From contig CM120641.1 in assembly GCA_051362555.1 (NCBI GenBank), forward strand, positions 14,694,001 through 14,758,000: a stretch of 64,000 nt of DNA, written 5' to 3'. The stretch's first letter is position 1. The number at the start of each line of letters is the position of its first letter. Shown piece after piece: positions 27,901-41,368 of the stretch. A program made the position numbers and the translations under genes. The notes under the pieces were generated by a model. It was not told the origin of the DNA, searched no databases, and saw only the letters and a program-made list of their open reading frames with translations. Origin of the DNA: Lingula anatina. Lineage: Eukaryota > Animalia > Brachiopoda.

Positions 27901-28809
27901 AATTATCATGCAAGCGAAAAATTTCCTTTAAGATAAATACAAATGATTATCACGATAATCTCTGACAGAAAAGTGGAATTTCTGTATGAAAATCAAAACT
28001 ATCTGCAATTTTGCCTAATTTCTCAACAAAAAATAATAAATTATATACCTGCAGATCAAGGAACTTGTTGTAATGATTGTTTGTCATCTCTAAATCTGTC
28101 AGAGCTTCCCCTGTGTAATCATTTATTTGAAAGTCTGTGTAGAATTTCAACATGTCCAGCAACTGGAAAATAATGTCATGTGTCTCAATAAGCAACATGC
28201 AATTCTGAGCTCTAAATACTTTCGCATTATTAAAATCTATGACTTTTTATACACTGTCAAATTCTTCCAAACTATAGCAGTAATGACAATTTAAATTGCT
28301 ATTTTTAAGATTGTAATTAATATAATTGTAAAGACTGCTGAGTGAATGTATCTGTCTAAAAGACCAGTAGTGCACCACATGGTCTCCTGGCGAGGAAAAT
28401 GTTCTTGTTTACATTTTATAGTAAATGTAAAACTGACCTTCCTTCTTAAAACAAGTTGTAACTGAGCTGAAGTTAGGATCAAAAAGAGATGACAAAATTG
28501 CAGTTACATCAAAAGACTTATAACAAATCAAATGACTTACACTGAAAGCAAGTACTCATCACTCACTTGAGAAAATAATTTTCCTTCCTCCCTCTTTCCA
28601 AGCTTTGCGAGTGTACACCTTACAATAAAGTGATGGTCATCAAGGAGCACATTGAAAAACCTGCGAGTTGGCAGCAGAGATTCCAAACCAATAAGTAACT
28701 CCAGAAACCTCTCACAGTACATCACTTTGTCCCTTGACAAGTCACCTGGAAAATTTTCCACAATAATTGAAATTTTCATCTCAGACATCTCAGTATAATG
28801 GCTAATTAA

Positions 28810-28856
<47 letters not shown>

Positions 28857-29688
28857 TAAGGTTTTTAGCTACTATAAAGAACTTACCTGTTTCCGGTATA
28901 GATTCTAAGATTGTGTAGAACTTGTGTATCAGACGGGACAGGAAACATCTTTCATTTGTAGCCTTTTCTAGAGCAGCTGCATCTAGTTTAGCATCTTTTT
29001 TTTGTATGACTTTCCAAAATTTCTTCATCTTTGGAAACTTTTTGAAAATCTCATCTCTGCGTCCCTATGAGAGTGATGACATTTTTTTGCTCTTATTTGA
29101 TCATATACACCCATATGTACAAGTAGGATAGACCGCTTACACAAAGACCAAAAACCCATATCTTAAAGAATACATTAAAAAACACAGAAATAAGCTCAAG
29201 CTCATTCAGTATTTTCACACTGTGTAAACAGCATAACAAAAACAATTATTATTTATAGTATGTGACAATTGTTAGCAAAATATCACAAACAGATAAAAGG
29301 CCTTTAATAGAAATGATTGAAGTTCTTTTTCAGCTAAATAACCAAAACTAAAATGAGGTTTGTTAACGTTTCATACACAAAAAAAATTGCTGATAGTTAC
29401 TTACAGGCAGGATGCTGGCCCACATAGTGAGTGAGACGATACTCTGAAATTGCTCTCGTATTAGGTCAACTTCCTAAAAAATATCAATCAGTATTGAAAT
29501 CAATAAACATGCTTTTAACTGTTTACTGTAATAAAGAATTTATGCTACACCACTATACACGAGAATAAATCTTTTTTTCATGAGTAATGACTATATTAAA
29601 TTAGAATTTTCCACACTCAAATTTCTTCTTTCATTAAAAAAGGTGATTAAATGGCAAAAAATTAAGAAAGAAACAAATAAAAAAAAAT

Positions 29689-29766
<78 letters not shown>

Positions 29767-32716
29767 CACTGCTGCTGCCAAACTATTTTCATGCTGTGTG
29801 CAGGTGGACATTAATTACTCACCACACTGTTAAAGCAGTGATTCAGGAACACCAAGAGAACCGTTTGTTCTCTAAGCGTAAGATCATCTGCCAGAGATGT
29901 TGCCATGACCCGACTGAAGAAACCTCCAAATTTATCTGGAAACTTCTGAAATGCCTTGAAAAATAACAGCAGAATACATAAAGAACATGCCAGCAACAAC
30001 TTTTTCTATTTCTGGGGAAATCTTAAAAAAGAAAAAACTCATAAAATATAATCCTACAACAATAACAGACATTTTTTGACAATGAATAGGTTAAAAAACT
30101 CTTTTCAAGCATCAACATTCGTCACAAATAAAAAAGTGACGAACCCTTCAGACAAAATCAATTTTTCAATAAAGTGCCACAATCTAAAAAGAAAAAAAGA
30201 AAAAAATATTTATTTCAGCTGAATTACATTTATCCTTAATCTACAATGCTCACATCCAAAATAAAAAAATAATTAACAGATGTTTATTTACCTCCCAGGC
30301 TGGGACTCTTTCCCTGAATTTTTCATTCACCATGACACAAATGGTCAAAATGTGAGCACGGCTTGCCTAAAATGAAAATAAATTACAACATTTATGTCAA
30401 ATTGAATACTATGCCAAGCACAGTCAAAGACCTACACTAAAATTAAATTTACTCCATTTCACAACCATCCCATTTTTCAATTTCCTTTCCTGCTTGCATA
30501 ATTTTTGTTTATATCAAATAATTCCTTATTATCACATCAGGTACAATAGAAAGTGTACATTTTCAGGATCATGGCAAAACTGTGCAACATGCATTCAATT
30601 ATTGGGTGAACCAAAATAAATGAACAGAAATACCTTGTCTTCAGTGAAATTTGGCCAAAGATAGTTTTCCAAATATTGACTGAAAATACAATTAAACAAA
30701 AACTTAATTTTATGCAATCATAACATATTTATTAAAACTTTGGCTATGTAGGGAATAACTAACAATAACAGCATTGCCTAACAACGATGTTTGGAAATGG
30801 TCAATTTATTTTCACAAAGTATTTTCTAATAAGTGCTGATGTTCAATATTAAATAATGGTACTTACTCATAATATTAAATAAAAATGACATTTCCAAACA
30901 ATATTTCCAAAAACAATGATCGATCTAATACCCAGTTCAGGAGATTAAGAAGTTCCAAATTGAATTCATGTAAAAAATGATTTTTTTGAGAGAAACTGAA
31001 AAATGATAACCCTCAAAAATGGAATAAATGAGGCATTTAAAAACTTATGAAATATAAAGATATATAAATAAATACCTGAATTCCAACATCATAGTCCTTC
31101 TCATGGCAAACCTGCAAAAAAGTTCAGACATTAAAGAAGTGTAAAAAGATGACACCTAAATACAATTTTATTTGACTGGGTTGCCATCATACATTATATT
31201 CCTGGATTCAATTTCTTTCATATGAGCACATGTGGCTTTGCTTTCTTTAAAAATATGATCGAAAATAAATACACTTTCTCAAGAATGCCTATACATTATG
31301 CATTAAACAATGACAAGCAATCTGTATTATTTAATGTTTTTTTTCAATATGTTCAAATTGAAAACTTACTTTGTTCCAAGAATCTCCTTCTGATAAATGT
31401 CATCTATTATCTGTAAAAAAAAATTATCAGTTATGTCAAATCCACTGTTTACACCAACTTGTGGAAAAAAATAATTCAACAAATTTCTGCCATATTCCAG
31501 ATATGCTGAAACTGCTGGTGCTACAATTTATAACTGATAAAATTTCAGACTCGTAGAAAATAATGTTTAGTTGGTCTTAGTGACTGGCAAAAATTGTAAA
31601 AGCCAACATTTTGATTTTGAATTTAGCCATTCTTTGTGACAGGCAATTTTTATAATGAATGTCCAACTGCTTTGAAAAGTTTTCAACACGTATGTTATGT
31701 AATCTCAAACTGGCAACTTATCTGTAGTGGTTTGGTGTAAAACAACGGACAGCAGAAAATACCATACCCACCACATTACTTTATATATAATCTTTGTGAT
31801 CTATATTATATATACAGCAGCTGGGCTATATCCTCCACAGAGAGGTGAGGACATCTACACCCAGTTTGTATCAGGGCCAAAAATGATTAGGCATCCAATG
31901 TAAACCGCACTGAGATGCAAATGGAGTGCAGTATACAAGAGCTTAACTTTACTTTCACCTTTTTTTATCAACAATTACACATATATTTAATGCAAATTCG
32001 AATGACAACAAATCTTTAACAAGTAAGGTGATTTACCTTAGGATTAAAAGGCAATCTTGTGGCTCCTCTTTGTGGAGACCAATACTGGTTGGCCAACTAA
32101 AATATCACAAAATAAATTAATGTATCATACATGACAATATTAAACATATGCTTTACATAAAGAAAAATTATGCACAAAATTCTTAGCTAGATCAGTTCAA
32201 CATATAAATAAAACATTACAAAAATTTTGGTAGTGGAGAGGGGCATATAAATTATCCTCACATAATCTTAAATATTCTCTGTAATTTATATCAAAAATTG
32301 TCATTTCCAGAAATTCGGTAGAGGAGGGGATAACATTTAACATGAAACAGGCTTTTTTTTTGTTTACTAATGTAAGACTTTTCTTTTTTAACTAAAAATT
32401 ATGCCTCTAGCTTATGTCAACATGCATGCGTACTAGCAATCACTTTCCAACACATTCTTCACAATAGCAGTCATCTGAAGATAACCCTTAGAATGGTGAA
32501 AATGAACATAAAACACAAGTGCACTCAATTTAATTCAAATGATTTTTTATCAACAACTAATAAATCTTTAATTATTGTAAACACAATGTTGGTTAGTCAA
32601 CTAAAGTAAGTGTACTTCTTTACCTGTGTTATTATATCAGATTGTATTTGCTCAACTGTAGGAGCTGGACCTTTGGCCTTCTTTTCCCCAGGCCCTCCTT
32701 GCAAATGAGGGTCCAT
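16489..32716 (-). CDS. AQR: RNA helicase Aquarius (intron-binding protein 160), about 39 coding exons
   Basis: Start exon 32716-32624 ([31 protein letters not shown]). Diagnostic peptides: [65 protein letters not shown], Walker [10 protein letters not shown] (~22490-22515), [84 protein letters not shown]. Last coding exon 16576-16489. Confidence 0.97.
21933..22065. mobile_element. Small MITE with CTGGGGTAGCGCTA TIRs, copy 1 (AQR intron)
   Basis: 14-bp TIR CTGGGGTAGCGCTA / TAGCGCTACCCCAG; ATTTA on both flanks; second copy at 36967-37139. Confidence 0.8.
24872..24913. repeat. (CA)n microsatellite
   Basis: Direct reading of the sequence. Confidence 0.95.
26187..26698 (-). mobile_element. Non-autonomous TIR element carrying a RecQ-like helicase N-terminal fragment (AcademH-like)
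   Basis: Perfect 32-bp TIR CACCCTGAGCTTCAGAGATAACTTGACACTAA; 8-bp TSD CATTTTAC (26179-26186 and 26699-26706). The internal minus-strand frame reads LKPEQFEAL...[15 protein letters not shown] (RecQ-type motif 0 and Walker A). Confidence 0.8.
28808..28853. repeat. (AAT)n microsatellite
   Basis: Direct reading; lies in an AQR intron. Confidence 0.9.
29691..29761. repeat. (TA)n microsatellite
   Basis: Direct reading of the sequence. Confidence 0.95.
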
Positions 32717-33017
32717 CTGAAATACATCATTCTTTTGTATTAGAGGTAAACTATCATGAGATTTTCCCAGAAAACAAACTTTAAAACCTCTTTCCTGCCA
32801 CTGGACATAATTCTTATCAAGGAAAATTTAAAAAGCCTAAGCCTTGGTTAACCACTTTTTTCAAACTCACACCACAGTAACACTTAGTCTAACTGTCCAG
32901 AACAGGCTACAGTATTTGGCAGAGCCTAAGGAGGTGATGTTTAGTTAAAGTGCAAAAAGGCAAAATCCTTGAAACAAAGGTAATAAATGACCTCTAATCG
33001 AGCACTTAAAATGAGTG

Positions 33018-33150
33018 TACTTACGACTGCTCAGAGTATAGGACAGTTTCTATATAAGCTGTGAACAATTATTACCTCCACATTACAACAAATTTAGAGC
33101 GTGATTCCGCGAAGTGGTTTACCGGAAACTGTATCATTCCATATAAAACC
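33018..33150 (-). promoter_or_regulatory. Putative AQR promoter and non-coding first exon
   Basis: The AQR ATG directly follows a splice acceptor, so a non-coding first exon is required. A minus-strand donor GCAGTC|GTAAGTA lies at 33025/33024. A CpG-containing motif TTCCGCG..TTTACCGGAAAC (ETS-like CCGGAA) at ~33105-33129 is conserved in the copy at ~41575-41598. Confidence 0.6.
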
Positions 33151-33589
33151 AGACTTTTTTGAAATACCGTGGTTTTATAGCGCACAAACATAATGTTTAT
33201 AGCTCATGAAATATCCCAAATTATATAAAATACTAATCTTTATTGCTCTTCTGTATGTATATTATTTAATAGGTTTACATGAAATAAACGGCAGATTAAA
33301 TTAACTGTTGTTTAATGCAGAAATGCACTTTCCATTCTTGCAGAATGCTGTGATCAACCCAAGATGAGCCACGTGGGATTTTCAACATTTAACAAAGAAG
33401 TCAGACGATGAGTTTTCAGTATTAGTGAAGTTAATTAAAGTTTCGTCTAGTAACTGTAACCAAGTAGTTGATTAACCTTTTAAAAAGGGATCGAACACTA
33501 ATGAAGGAGTACCTTTTCTTAACATTACATTAAAGGATTTATATCCTGTTTTCCAGGGGCCGTAGCGATGGTCCGAAGGTTCAGTGTCC

Positions 33590-33770
33590 CTAAATTGCAC
33601 AGTACACCAAATTGTGTAATATATAAAAGCAAAATTTATTATTACATGATTGGTATCATTGAAACAACTTAACAAATTAGCACAATTTGCTTATCGTCCG
33701 GTCAGCTGCATGTGGGCTTGTGGCTCTCCTTGGCTGGTAATATTGCCATGAAGAGCCACAACTTCTGATG
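33590..33770. mobile_element. Degraded fragment of the MULE-like fold-back element
   Basis: cttaacaaattagcac..ggtcagctgcatgtgggcttgtggctctccttggc..gccatgaagagccac aligns by eye to the centre of the element at 40902-41359. Confidence 0.6.
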
Positions 33771-34552
33771 TGTGCACTGTGCCAACCCACGAAAGCAATG
33801 GCCTCAAAAGGTGTAAATTGAGACCAGTTTGTGCATCCACCATGATGCAGGAGCCTGGGTCAACATATTTCTTTTTTTTTCTGTCCTTTGACAGCTTAGT
33901 TGTCTAAATACTTGTTCATATTTTGTACTTGTTCATATTCTGTCCCATCCCTTTAAAAGAATGAATTTGACAAGTGAAATTAGGCAATTTACAAATGTAT
34001 ACCAATTCATAAAGTCATATAATTATTTGTTAACAAGGTCAGGAGGACCTGCATTACAGAAAGTCTGCAGGTCTTCCCAATTCTGTGCTGGTCTGGACTA
34101 AGTGTTTAATTTCCCTTAGTCAATGTTTACATGTGATTTATTACTTAATATGTATTACATTTTCACATAAACCTTGTCAGTCCAGAGGACCTGGGATATA
34201 AAAAATTAAGTCAGTCCTCTGGCTTTTTAGGTAGGAGCAACAGTTTCCCCATGTCTGCTGTTAATTGAACAAATGACAAGACTAAAAATATTTCCATATG
34301 CAGGAAAAATAAAATTTTTATTCTGAATTAATTATTATAAAATGTTAAGAAACCATTAATATTCACCATATACTGTAATATCAAACTGTCTGATACAATT
34401 AAAGCACTATCTCTCGATTTTAGTTTCCATTCTTCTTTTCCCAATTTTCTACAGTCACTGTGCACTTCTTGCAAATCCTAAAATATTTGTTTTAAATCCC
34501 CCCGGTAAAGTACGAGCTGGAACTTGTAGCAATTTCAATACATGCCAAGTCT

Positions 34553-37138
34553 TTACAGGTCATTGTCACTGAGGTGAATAACTACAGGTTTTTTTCCTTT
34601 ATGGATGTTTTTAATGTGCTTTACACAATTTGATTTCAAATTTGTCCTGTGGTCACAGTAATTGCACTTGTATGGCCTTTTCCCAACTTCTTTGTGCTGG
34701 TAACGAACGTGCATGATGAAAGGAGTGCTCGTCTTGAAAAGAAATTTATTTTTAAGGAAAAGCATTTCATTAACTAGTACATTTTACATACTGCTCCACA
34801 TTTATGTGCATGTGTCTACAGAAAATATATATGGCATTTCAAGGTGAATTTTAATACTGTTATGAAATATTTCATATCGTTTTGTGGAAACATTGACTGA
34901 CAAACTACTAATTTTCATTAAATGTTAATCTTAATTCAACAAAAAATCAATGCCTTCTTTTTTCCTACCAAAGTATGTAAGTTAACTGCACAAGTGTCAC
35001 TATGGTATCCTAGCTAGGAACAAGAAATTAGAAAAAACATAAAAATACTTACCCTTGTTTTATAACTGCAATATGGGCAATGATAGTCATATGTGTCTTT
35101 GTGGACCCTCATATGTGTTTTCAATGAACCTTGCTTAACAGTTTTACCACAGATGTTACATTCATCTCTTTCTGCCCCTTCTGGAAATGGAAAGCAGGAT
35201 TTATCACATAGTACTCAATCATGTGTGGTAGTTAGGAAACCTACTGATGCACACTAAAATGGGACATTCAGTAGCTCAGCACCTATATAATGGGAACGAT
35301 TGGGATGAAGAAAGCCAAGATAAGTGCTAAATAAGTGCTTACTCCGTGTACTCAACATGCACCAAGAACTTAATCATACTATTTTGAGTGCACATTGTGT
35401 CTTTACAAAAAGTGTCAAGATCCATGCTAAATCACCTACCATTCTGCCCAAAAATCTGTTGTTAATAAACTGCAAATACTCATAGTTCTAGTCTCACCTA
35501 TATGAGTAGTCTTATGACGCTTCATCCCTTCTTTCCTTACAGTCTTGTAGTCACACATATCACAACTGTAAACTTGACCTTTGGTGGGCAGTATACCATG
35601 TTTTACATACTGGTGGCCTGGGTAAAAAATAAATTATAATAAAATATATGTGCATCCTAAATGTGGGTTATTGAGGCAAAGAAGGTCATGCGTGATTTCT
35701 CCATCTGTGTATGAATATGAATGAGGGGCTGTCCAGAATTAGTTAGGTCACAATAACTAAAGCACACTAACTCCACAGGGACTCCTCCCGAATGCAATCA
35801 GATTAAAAGACTAACACACCTCTTATTGTTTCAGATTTAATCATATACTAACCAAAAATTTAGAGATAATCCCCTCAGAGTTAGATCGATCCTGCTAGTA
35901 GGATAGGTTTATGGAAAACAACCAGTCTAATGGACTTTCAGAAAATGTTTACAACTAGCAAAGAGCTTCAGGACCATGGGAGTTCTAAGTCACATCTTGA
36001 AAATACCAATATGTAAAAAATCAAAATTTTACCAAACTTACATAACTTAAATAAATAAATAAAAAAAGAATCTTATGAGACTGGTTTTCCAACTGAAGCT
36101 GTATTTAAGTACTCTGAATAATAATAATAAAAATAATAATATTTACTCTTGCAACTAAAAGCTGGATTTTACATATTATCTATACTGAGAGTCAATGAAA
36201 ACGCATTTATTTAACAAATAATATTTTAAGTTCTTTTGGTACATTAAGAAAATAACAGTTATAGTGTGAAATATGAAATGGTGGTCAGCGCACTCTCTTA
36301 TGACCAAACAAGTGCATTTGTACTCATTTATATGGTTGGAATCGATTCTCGGTAAAAAAGTACAAGAAAGTTTTCTGATGCCTTTTCATTGACTGTCAGT
36401 ATATATTACTGTAAAATCAAAGCTGTATCTTTAAATAGTTCTATGCCATAAAAGAAATCAATTAACATTGAAATCTTGATTCAATAAATTTCTTTAAAAA
36501 AGTTTTTAAGTTTCTCAATTAAAAAGATTCTTTAAGTTCAGGACATTTAAGGTGGAGATACTGCAGCAGTTATTTTTTCCATTGTATCTTTCAGCTCTGA
36601 AAGCTGCTACTTCAAGCTCATGGAATTAAAATATCCAGCACACATGATATATATTACATAACTGTTCATATAAATAGTAACTGTCACGTCAAGGTAACAA
36701 TATTGAAAACCAACCTTCAAGATAACTTTCCCAGTGACAGGTATAGTCACAATGAGTGCACAAAAAAGACTTGGTTTCTCCTCTGCATGTCTTCAGATGA
36801 ACTTTTAACATGGATTTATCATTCAATTTTTTGCCACAATGTGGGCAATTGCATGCATAACGCATTTCATGTTGAATCACTTTATGGCCGGCCAGTGAGC
36901 TAAAAATATAAAATTCTAAGTTTTAAATAAAACCACATTTGATAAGACCAAGTTAAGTATACATATCTGGGGTAGCACTAACACTCGCCAATCTAGCCAA
37001 ATGCTAAAACTGACTTAAATTGGCTAAACAAAATACAGTTGATTTGACTTGTTTTAGTCAAATTTAAGCCATTTGAAGAAAAAAGTGATGAAAAAGTAGC
37101 ACTTTGGCTAAACTAAAAAAATTGCTAGCGCCACCCCA

Positions 37139-37194
<56 letters not shown>

Positions 37195-39107
37195 CTGCTC
37201 AGCGAAAAATAAAATTGATTGAATTACAAAAATATGAACTTTGGTCCAGGTTCCGGTTTCACAAAAATCTGAAGTCAGGCTCCCTTACAAAGAAGATAAT
37301 TACCAACATAACATGCACACATGTGCACACCTCTCAGGAACCATTTTTATTTGACAAAGACAATTATATACCAACTCAATTGTCATTTTTCACGTGCAAT
37401 AAGAATAACAAAGATAATTAAGTTGATTATTTATCACCCAATAAAATACCTTTTAGAAGAGTACTTCCTATTGCACAGTGAGCAAGTAAAATTCTTCTCA
37501 TTTAAATGTTTGGCCTTCAGATGACTCTCAAGATTAGGCAAGTGGTATGTCAGGTAGGAGCAGTCATCATGTGTGCAACGTAGAGCTTTTTCTTCATCAA
37601 TCACACCATGCTTAGAGTACCTGTGTTGTAACTGCTGTTTCTCTGCCCTATACACTTTATTACATATTCCACAACGAAAGTTTCTGCATTGATCATAATG
37701 AAGATAAATGTGCCTTTTGAGATTCTGTTTTACTGTAACGGCATGGCCACATATGCAGCACTTGAATGGAGGATCAGTACTGTGCTCCTCTTTCAAATGA
37801 AGTATTATGTCTTTGCTTGTTGAGCACATCACATGACAACCCTCCTCTGTGCAGATGTAGAGGGTTTTTTTATGGGTTGATTGTTGATGCAATCTATATA
37901 ATTCCTTGATCGTGAACATCTCAGAACAATCAGGGCAATGGAAGGTCTCTTGAAATATTCCCAGTCCATGACTATCTGCCTGATGTTCAACAAGTTCTTT
38001 TGCATTCTCAAACTGTGTACCACAAAGTTCACACCTATTAAATATTTTTGTTAATTCAGTTGATATAACATTCCTATCCTCTCCTTCAAATATGGGAACC
38101 TTCAACTGAAACGGAATATTTTTTAAGGTCTGTTTGCCATTCAAAGTTTTTTTATCACCTTTCTGACCCTTTGAAAACTTCTTTGCTGTTTTCTTGTTGT
38201 GCTTCAGTTGAATATGTCTTACAAGTGAAGACCTAGAGATGAAACCCTTATAGCAAGTGTAGCACACATGGTTTGAGGTGGTTGTGTAAAATGGACTTTT
38301 CCCTCTGTTTCTTAACCTCCGGTTAACACTTACTCGCATCGACTTGAGCAAAACCCCAGAGCATTTTTGGGCTAAAAAGTGAAGACATTTTTCTTTTACA
38401 TTGGGAAAGGAAGATTTACAGCTTACACAGAAAAAGTTGCCCTTAGAATTACTTCCAATCCCAGAATCTGGCGGATTGAATTCAGCCATGTTCTGAGTGC
38501 CACTGGGCCCACCCACCTCTTCTAAGCGCTTGCATATTACCGTAGCTGCAAACAATTTACCATCATCCATGTTTTTTACCATTGGCTCTTTTTCATCGCA
38601 GTTTAATGAATTACTGAATGCCATTTGGTTTTGTATGATATCAGTGCCACATTCAGATCCTATGTCATTGTTTGCTGTGGGATCCTCTGGAGGCATGGCA
38701 CTCAGAATGCGTTCTGTTCCACCAATCTCTCTCCTACCAAACTGCCCTTTCTCAAATTGATGGACCAAGTCCTGTACCTCCAGTTTTTTTGCCGTTTTCA
38801 ACAAATCTCCCAAGCAACTAACTGGCACATGGATCTCTTGGCCATACATATAGTCTAGCACATAGCTAAACATCTCTTCACTTATATCTGAGAGAACGAC
38901 ACCACAATTGTTAATTACCGACAAGCGGAAATAGTCAGCAAAATATTTTGAGTAGGAGACTAGGATAAGTTTATGGGCATTGTAAATTTTCCTCCCCACA
39001 TGTACAATTGCATCACAATATCTATTGTTACTTCTTAAATCTGAAGCAGTTTGAAAAAAGGAAACCTTTGCTTTAAGGCTGGTGCTGATGATAACTTCAC
39101 CCATCAT
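34553..39107 (-). CDS. BTB/POZ + multi-C2H2 zinc-finger protein, paralog A
   Basis: Exons 39107-37450, 36899-36715, 35617-35498, 35180-35053, 34732-34553; phases are consistent and the ORF is intact. BTB motifs YCDAIVHVG..YNAHKLILVSYSKYF and FSYVLDYMYG; more than 12 C2H2-type fingers. Confidence 0.92.
35760..35930. mobile_element. Degraded 'GATCGATC' MITE copy (intron of paralog A)
   Basis: ctaactccacagggactc ... gagttagatcgatcc ... tatggaaaacaaccagtct match copy 1 at 9675-9921. Confidence 0.55.
36155..36433. mobile_element. Degenerate MITE (inverted repeats), possibly Kolobok-like
   Basis: TATACTGAGAGTCAATGAAAACGCAT (~36181) versus ATGCCTTTTCATTGACTGTCAGTATA (~36378-36403). The outer arms gctggattttaca / tgtaaaatcaaagct also pair, and the right end is CTTTAA. 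Confidence 0.5.
36967..37139. mobile_element. CTGGGGTAGC MITE, copy 2, followed by (TA)n at 37140-37190
   Basis: The first ~60 bp are nearly identical to 21933-21992, and the right end is TTGCTAGCGCCACCCCAG. Confidence 0.8.
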
Positions 39108-40678
39108 CCACAATACAAATTCTGAAAAAGGAAAAAAAAAAAAAGAATTAAGTATTTGAATATGATTTACATGTAAATTGATGATGCAATTTGAAGGTTG
39201 AAAAAAGTACATTTTAATATTTTACTTTAAAGTTTTTGGGAGATTGAGTTTGAAAATGTAAGGCAAACTTTAAAATCATAATGTTATGTTACTGCAACAT
39301 TAAACCTTGAGGCACTTTTGCAGCATACACTCCACTAAATAAATCTGAAAAATTGACTTCAACTGCCAATGATTGTCTGTGATTTGGAATCCTGCAGCAG
39401 GTAGATTGCAAATCACTTAACTTACCTTGATAACCCTTACGTTCACATGTCCTCAAAGAGAAAATACTCATGACACAATTGGTTTTATCAAGTTGTGAAC
39501 TATACTAATTACTGCTAGCTGACATAAACTATATGCTGGCAAATGTAACATGTTACAAGTTTTGAGCTGCATTGTTCTTTTAAAGGGAACTGTTTATTTC
39601 AGAGTCTGCCACACATGCACTAAGGCAAAATGATGAAAGCTTGTAAGCTGTGTAGCCAGCTGCACTGCCAACACTTTTAAAAATTACTGTAATACACTTT
39701 TCTTTTAAAATACTTTTTAAAAATTCAAAATATTTGTAATTCCTAACAGAAAACAGAGAGAAAGGAGTAGGTCATGCATACGTGACAAAAGACAGTGTCG
39801 TGTTGATGGAAACAAGATTTGTCCCCAAATGTTGGTCCCCAAAAGAAGCCATGGGATAGAAGCCATATAGCCTTGATAACATGGCCACCCATCCAGCCCA
39901 CTCGACCCCTCTTGCTGTACCAGCACCATTTAATCACAGTTTAAATTATCATGTATTGTAATATTTAATGTAAATGCATCTTTCAGCACTCTGCATTTTC
40001 CTGGTCTTTTAACATTCCACAGTAAATGGCTCACTATCCCTGACAGAGGTGATCAAGCCCTGTGAAGACTGATATAATGTGACAAAGCCACATACATTTA
40101 TCATAGAAGTTTAAGCAATCCACCACATTTTTTTAGCAGCACTACCCCATTGGCAAAGAGTTCCAAAATTTACAAAGTTTAAATAATCTTCTTCCTATAT
40201 AGGTAAAAGAGAAAATTTAGTGTGAAATTAAAGAGACCAAAAACATGGTATGATATTCAACTGAAATTGGGAAACCTACATAGATCAATCAGGAATTCTC
40301 TTCAGGAAATACACTGGTACCTGCCCCAGCCCCAATACGGATATATGCCCTCTGAGGTCAAACTCCTCTTCCAAAGATTTCAAAGGCGACTCGCCCTCTT
40401 TTATGCAGTCATGCTAAGTGACCCGGTCAATATATTTAGGATTCATCCTGATTGTCTAATGACTGCCCACTACCAAGTTACCTCTGAATATAATATATAT
40501 AGTATTATTTATTATTCTTGGATATTATCAATTGTCTTAAAATATCAAAAGTGGCATTTTACAGGACAACAGACGGTAAGAATATGTACCAAGTTTGAGC
40601 ATCCTTTCTTTTTGGATTTTTATTGTTTATTCTCTGTGATTCTGTTTCACAAGCTTACCTTGTTTAACTGTCCCTGTG

Positions 40679-40681
<3 letters not shown>

Positions 40682-40721
<40 letters not shown>
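40682..40721. repeat. (GT)n microsatellite
   Basis: Direct reading of the sequence. Confidence 0.95.
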
Positions 40722-40723
<2 letters not shown>

Positions 40724-40901
40724 AGGGAGAAGGGTACACATGGCGACTTCATGAAATTGATTTTGATCGCTTTTTTTAGTTATGCTTCACTAGTGTGGCA
40801 GTCTAGGGTAGTTTTACGTGATTTTTTGGCTAAACGCTAAATCATGGTGACACTAGACAGTCGAGATTGTCTGCACGATGGTCTGACCACCACAGCAACA
40901 C

Positions 40902-41359
40902 CGGTGTGACTGAAATGCGCAATACACCGCAATACAGCGCAACACAGTGCAATACACTTCAAAAATCAAATCCAGTTGCAATTACACAATGAAATGTCCA
41001 TTCCCAGCAAAGTATGGTGATATAAAAACAACCTATATTACTAGGTAAGTAATATCGTTGATATAACTTAACAAATCAGCAAGACTTTTATATTGTCTGG
41101 TTGGCAGCCATGTTGGCGAGTGGCTCTTCTTGGATATATTACTGGCCAAGAAGAGCTACTCGCCAACATGGCGGCTGACCAAACAATTAAAAAATTTGTC
41201 AAGTTGTATCAGCAATATTAATTACTATGTACTATATTTTGCTTTTATATCACCTTATTTTATTTGAGATTACCCTTTCCTGTGTTTACTTGCAACTGGA
41301 CTTGTGTTATCAAGTGTATTGCGCTGTATTGCAGTGTATTGCGCATTTCAGTCACACCC
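40902..41359. mobile_element. Mutator/MULE-like fold-back MITE
   Basis: The whole element is an imperfect palindrome (GGTGTGACTGAAATGCGCAATACAC ... GTGTATTGCGCATTTCAGTCACACC). A 9-bp TSD CAGCAACAC lies at 40893-40901 and 41360-41368. The paralogous empty site is visible at ~32870-32885. Confidence 0.85.
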
Positions 41360-41368
41360 CAGCAACAC

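Noticed and set aside
40222-40779. 185-aa plus-strand ORF between the BTB-ZF genes
   Set aside because: It has no ATG start or recognisable domain and runs through a (GT)n tract. The region instead shows minus-strand splice signals consistent with paralog A 5' UTR exons.
33590-41359. Recombination between the two MULE-like copies as the cause of the BTB-ZF inversion
   Set aside because: The copy at 40902-41359 retains both 9-bp TSDs, and its flanks are collinear with AQR intron 1 on both sides, so it is not a recombination breakpoint.
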